From Raja brachyura (taxonomy: Eukaryota): DNA of 64,000 nucleotides. Below the pieces are notes generated by a model. The model saw nothing but the letters and a program-made list of their open reading frames with translations, was not told the origin of the DNA and did not search any database. This document shows, in pieces, positions 62,041 to 64,000 of this stretch. The DNA lies in the NCBI GenBank assembly GCA_963514005.1, contig OY740786.1, positions 110,732,001 to 110,796,000 on the forward strand, given 5' to 3'. Positions within the stretch are counted from its first letter, which is position 1. Every line of letters starts with the position of its first letter. Position numbers and translations under genes: made by a program.

Positions 62041-62248
62041 AGAAGTCTTCTATACATATATAAACTTCAAATTTGTAGTCAGTCGTGAAGGAACGCCACC
62101 ATTCATTTACTTAAAATAAAGTCTACACAATTATCCAGCCATCTCAGATGTGAGTTTAACACTTTGCACATCACTCCAAGGCAATTCCTGGATGCAACAG
62201 CTGTGTGGTCATCAAATCACCTTGGAAACTAGTCACTTTGAAGACTCA

Positions 62249-62383
62249 GGGGAGTCAGGGGATATGGGGAGAAGGCAGGAACGGGGTACTGATTGGGGAT
62301 GATCAGCTTTGATCACATTGAATGGTGGTGCTGGCTCGAAGGGATGTATGGCCTACTCCTGTACCTATTGTCTATTGTCTATT
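62249..62383 (+). mobile_element. CR1 3' tail
   Basis: gggatatggggagaaggcaggaacggggtactga...ggcctactcctgtacc(tattgtc)n. Confidence 0.8.
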
Positions 62384-63299
62384 GACTCCTCAGCTATGGG
62401 GATCCAGGGAGCAATTTTGATTTAACTTTTAAAACATTATAAGGAAAGATCGTCACGAATAAATAATTAAAGTAGCTGAACTATCAAAAAGGAATATTGG
62501 AATATAAACTATATTTACTATATACTATACTATATATACTGTATCACTAAACTATACTGAAGTCCCTTATATATAGAAATATTAATTATTCTGGACAAGA
62601 CTGGATGTATAATTGTATCATTTTGGAAATCTTTCCAGTTCAAATAATTTCAGCTTGACTGTGGCATAGAAGGTTGCAAATGATGCACACTATGGAGGCA
62701 TGTTAAATCACTGGCAGCAACATTAATATCACTGCCAAAATTATGAAATTGCTTTCATTTTCAGAACAATAATGACTTTGGTTATTGCTCTGTCAACCAG
62801 GAGACTATTTGATGCAAGCTCATAACTGACACAACACAATAGTTGCGGATTTCAATTCATTAAGATCAGCCTTGAGCATGTTCTCATCTTCCAACCACAG
62901 AGGAATGAGAACAATGTTTAATATGTTCACTACAGCTAACACTGCAACATCTAGATATAATTCAAGATAGAAGTCAAGCTAAAGTGGGCTGTTTAAGGAG
63001 CAAAAGTGTAAATGTCTTGTGGAGGCCAAGATAATCTCTAGGTACTAAATGAAATCTGAGTCTGTAGTTTTGTTAGATTAAATGGAAACTGTCAACATCA
63101 TGATAAAGAGCGCAGGAGTGAAATAAAAGCTGAGGATTAAACTGGATAAGTGGAAAGAGTTCTTAAGTTTGACATTACCCAAAGCAGAAGATTTACTCAA
63201 TCTGGATAGGATCCAGGTTGCTGAACGATGTAGGGGTGGAGACAACAGGTACCCTTCCTCCTCAAGATACTGCCAGAGAATTGAAGGCATATTCTAAAA

Positions 63300-63660
63300 A
63301 GGGGAAAGGCTGAAAAATGTCTACATATCTTGCTTTTAAAATGGATAATTATGTTCAATTCGGGATGTTACATTTATGAAGGATGTCCAGACATTAGAGA
63401 GAATGTGGAACAGATTTATTAGAATGGTGCAAAGGATGTGGGATGTTGGTTACATGACATATTTAGAGAAGCTGGAATTGTTCCCCTCAGGGCAGAGAAG
63501 GTACAGAAATCATCTACTGAGATGTTGAACTTGTGAAGGATATCGAAAAAAGCCAAAATATTTTCAACAGAGATGTCAGTAACCACAATATGTTGATTTC
63601 AGGTAATTGGCAAATACATCAGGGAAGCTGAAGGAATTTGTTATTCCCTGTGGTTGCTGA
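63300..63660 (+). mobile_element. highly decayed CR1 3' fragment
   Basis: gaaggatgtccagacattagagaga...agatttattagaatggtgc...ttagagaagctggaattgttc. Confidence 0.55.
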
Positions 63661-64000
63661 CTACCTAAGGGTTAATATGTGTATGACACATCTGGTTAGC
63701 ACTCTCAACAGGAAACATTGAAAAAAGTTAAAATGCTCCTCGATTAATGCCACCAACATTTTACGGTGTAATGTCATTTGAACACCTTCACACTTCAATT
63801 GAGTGTAAAACAATAGGACAACTGAACTTCCCAACATGAAGTAGCTACCTCAATAGAATTGTGAGTCCATACCAGAATATGTGGTCAGATGCTTACCTGT
63901 CACAATCAATAAAGAACTGCTGATTCCTGTTGTGTGCTGCAACCCAAGTGTGAAATATAACAGCACAAGATTACAAGCTGTCATGCCTCCCCTGGGAAGG

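Overview
Vertebrate genomic DNA. The repeat content (CR1 LINEs with (catagaaa)n tails, HE1/V-SINE-like and DeuSINE-like SINEs) points to a cartilaginous fish, probably a skate or ray; this is inferred, not confirmed. The window holds most of one minus-strand gene, ephrin-B2 (efnb2): a TATA/CCAAT/GC-box promoter (~54.75-54.87 kb) and coding exons 1-4 (54070-54188, 26700-26983, 4064-4156, 2615-2713), which splice in frame with GT-AG junctions. The last exon (transmembrane and cytoplasmic tail) was not found and presumably lies left of position 1. Introns and upstream DNA contain decayed CR1 and Rex1/Babar-like LINEs, SINEs, a dead Tc1 transposon, a gapped Helitron-like insert and a possible solo LTR. 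The most notable feature is a short family of about 27 copies, apparently Penelope-derived. It carries a minimal hammerhead-ribozyme motif (CUGAAGA-A-GGGUC-UC-GACCC-GAAAC-GUC), often occurs as fold-back palindromes joined at that motif, and has target-site duplications of 8-36 bp. Most ORFs in the six-frame track are spurious or TE fragments. Exon and motif coordinates were read base by base; repeat boundaries are approximate.
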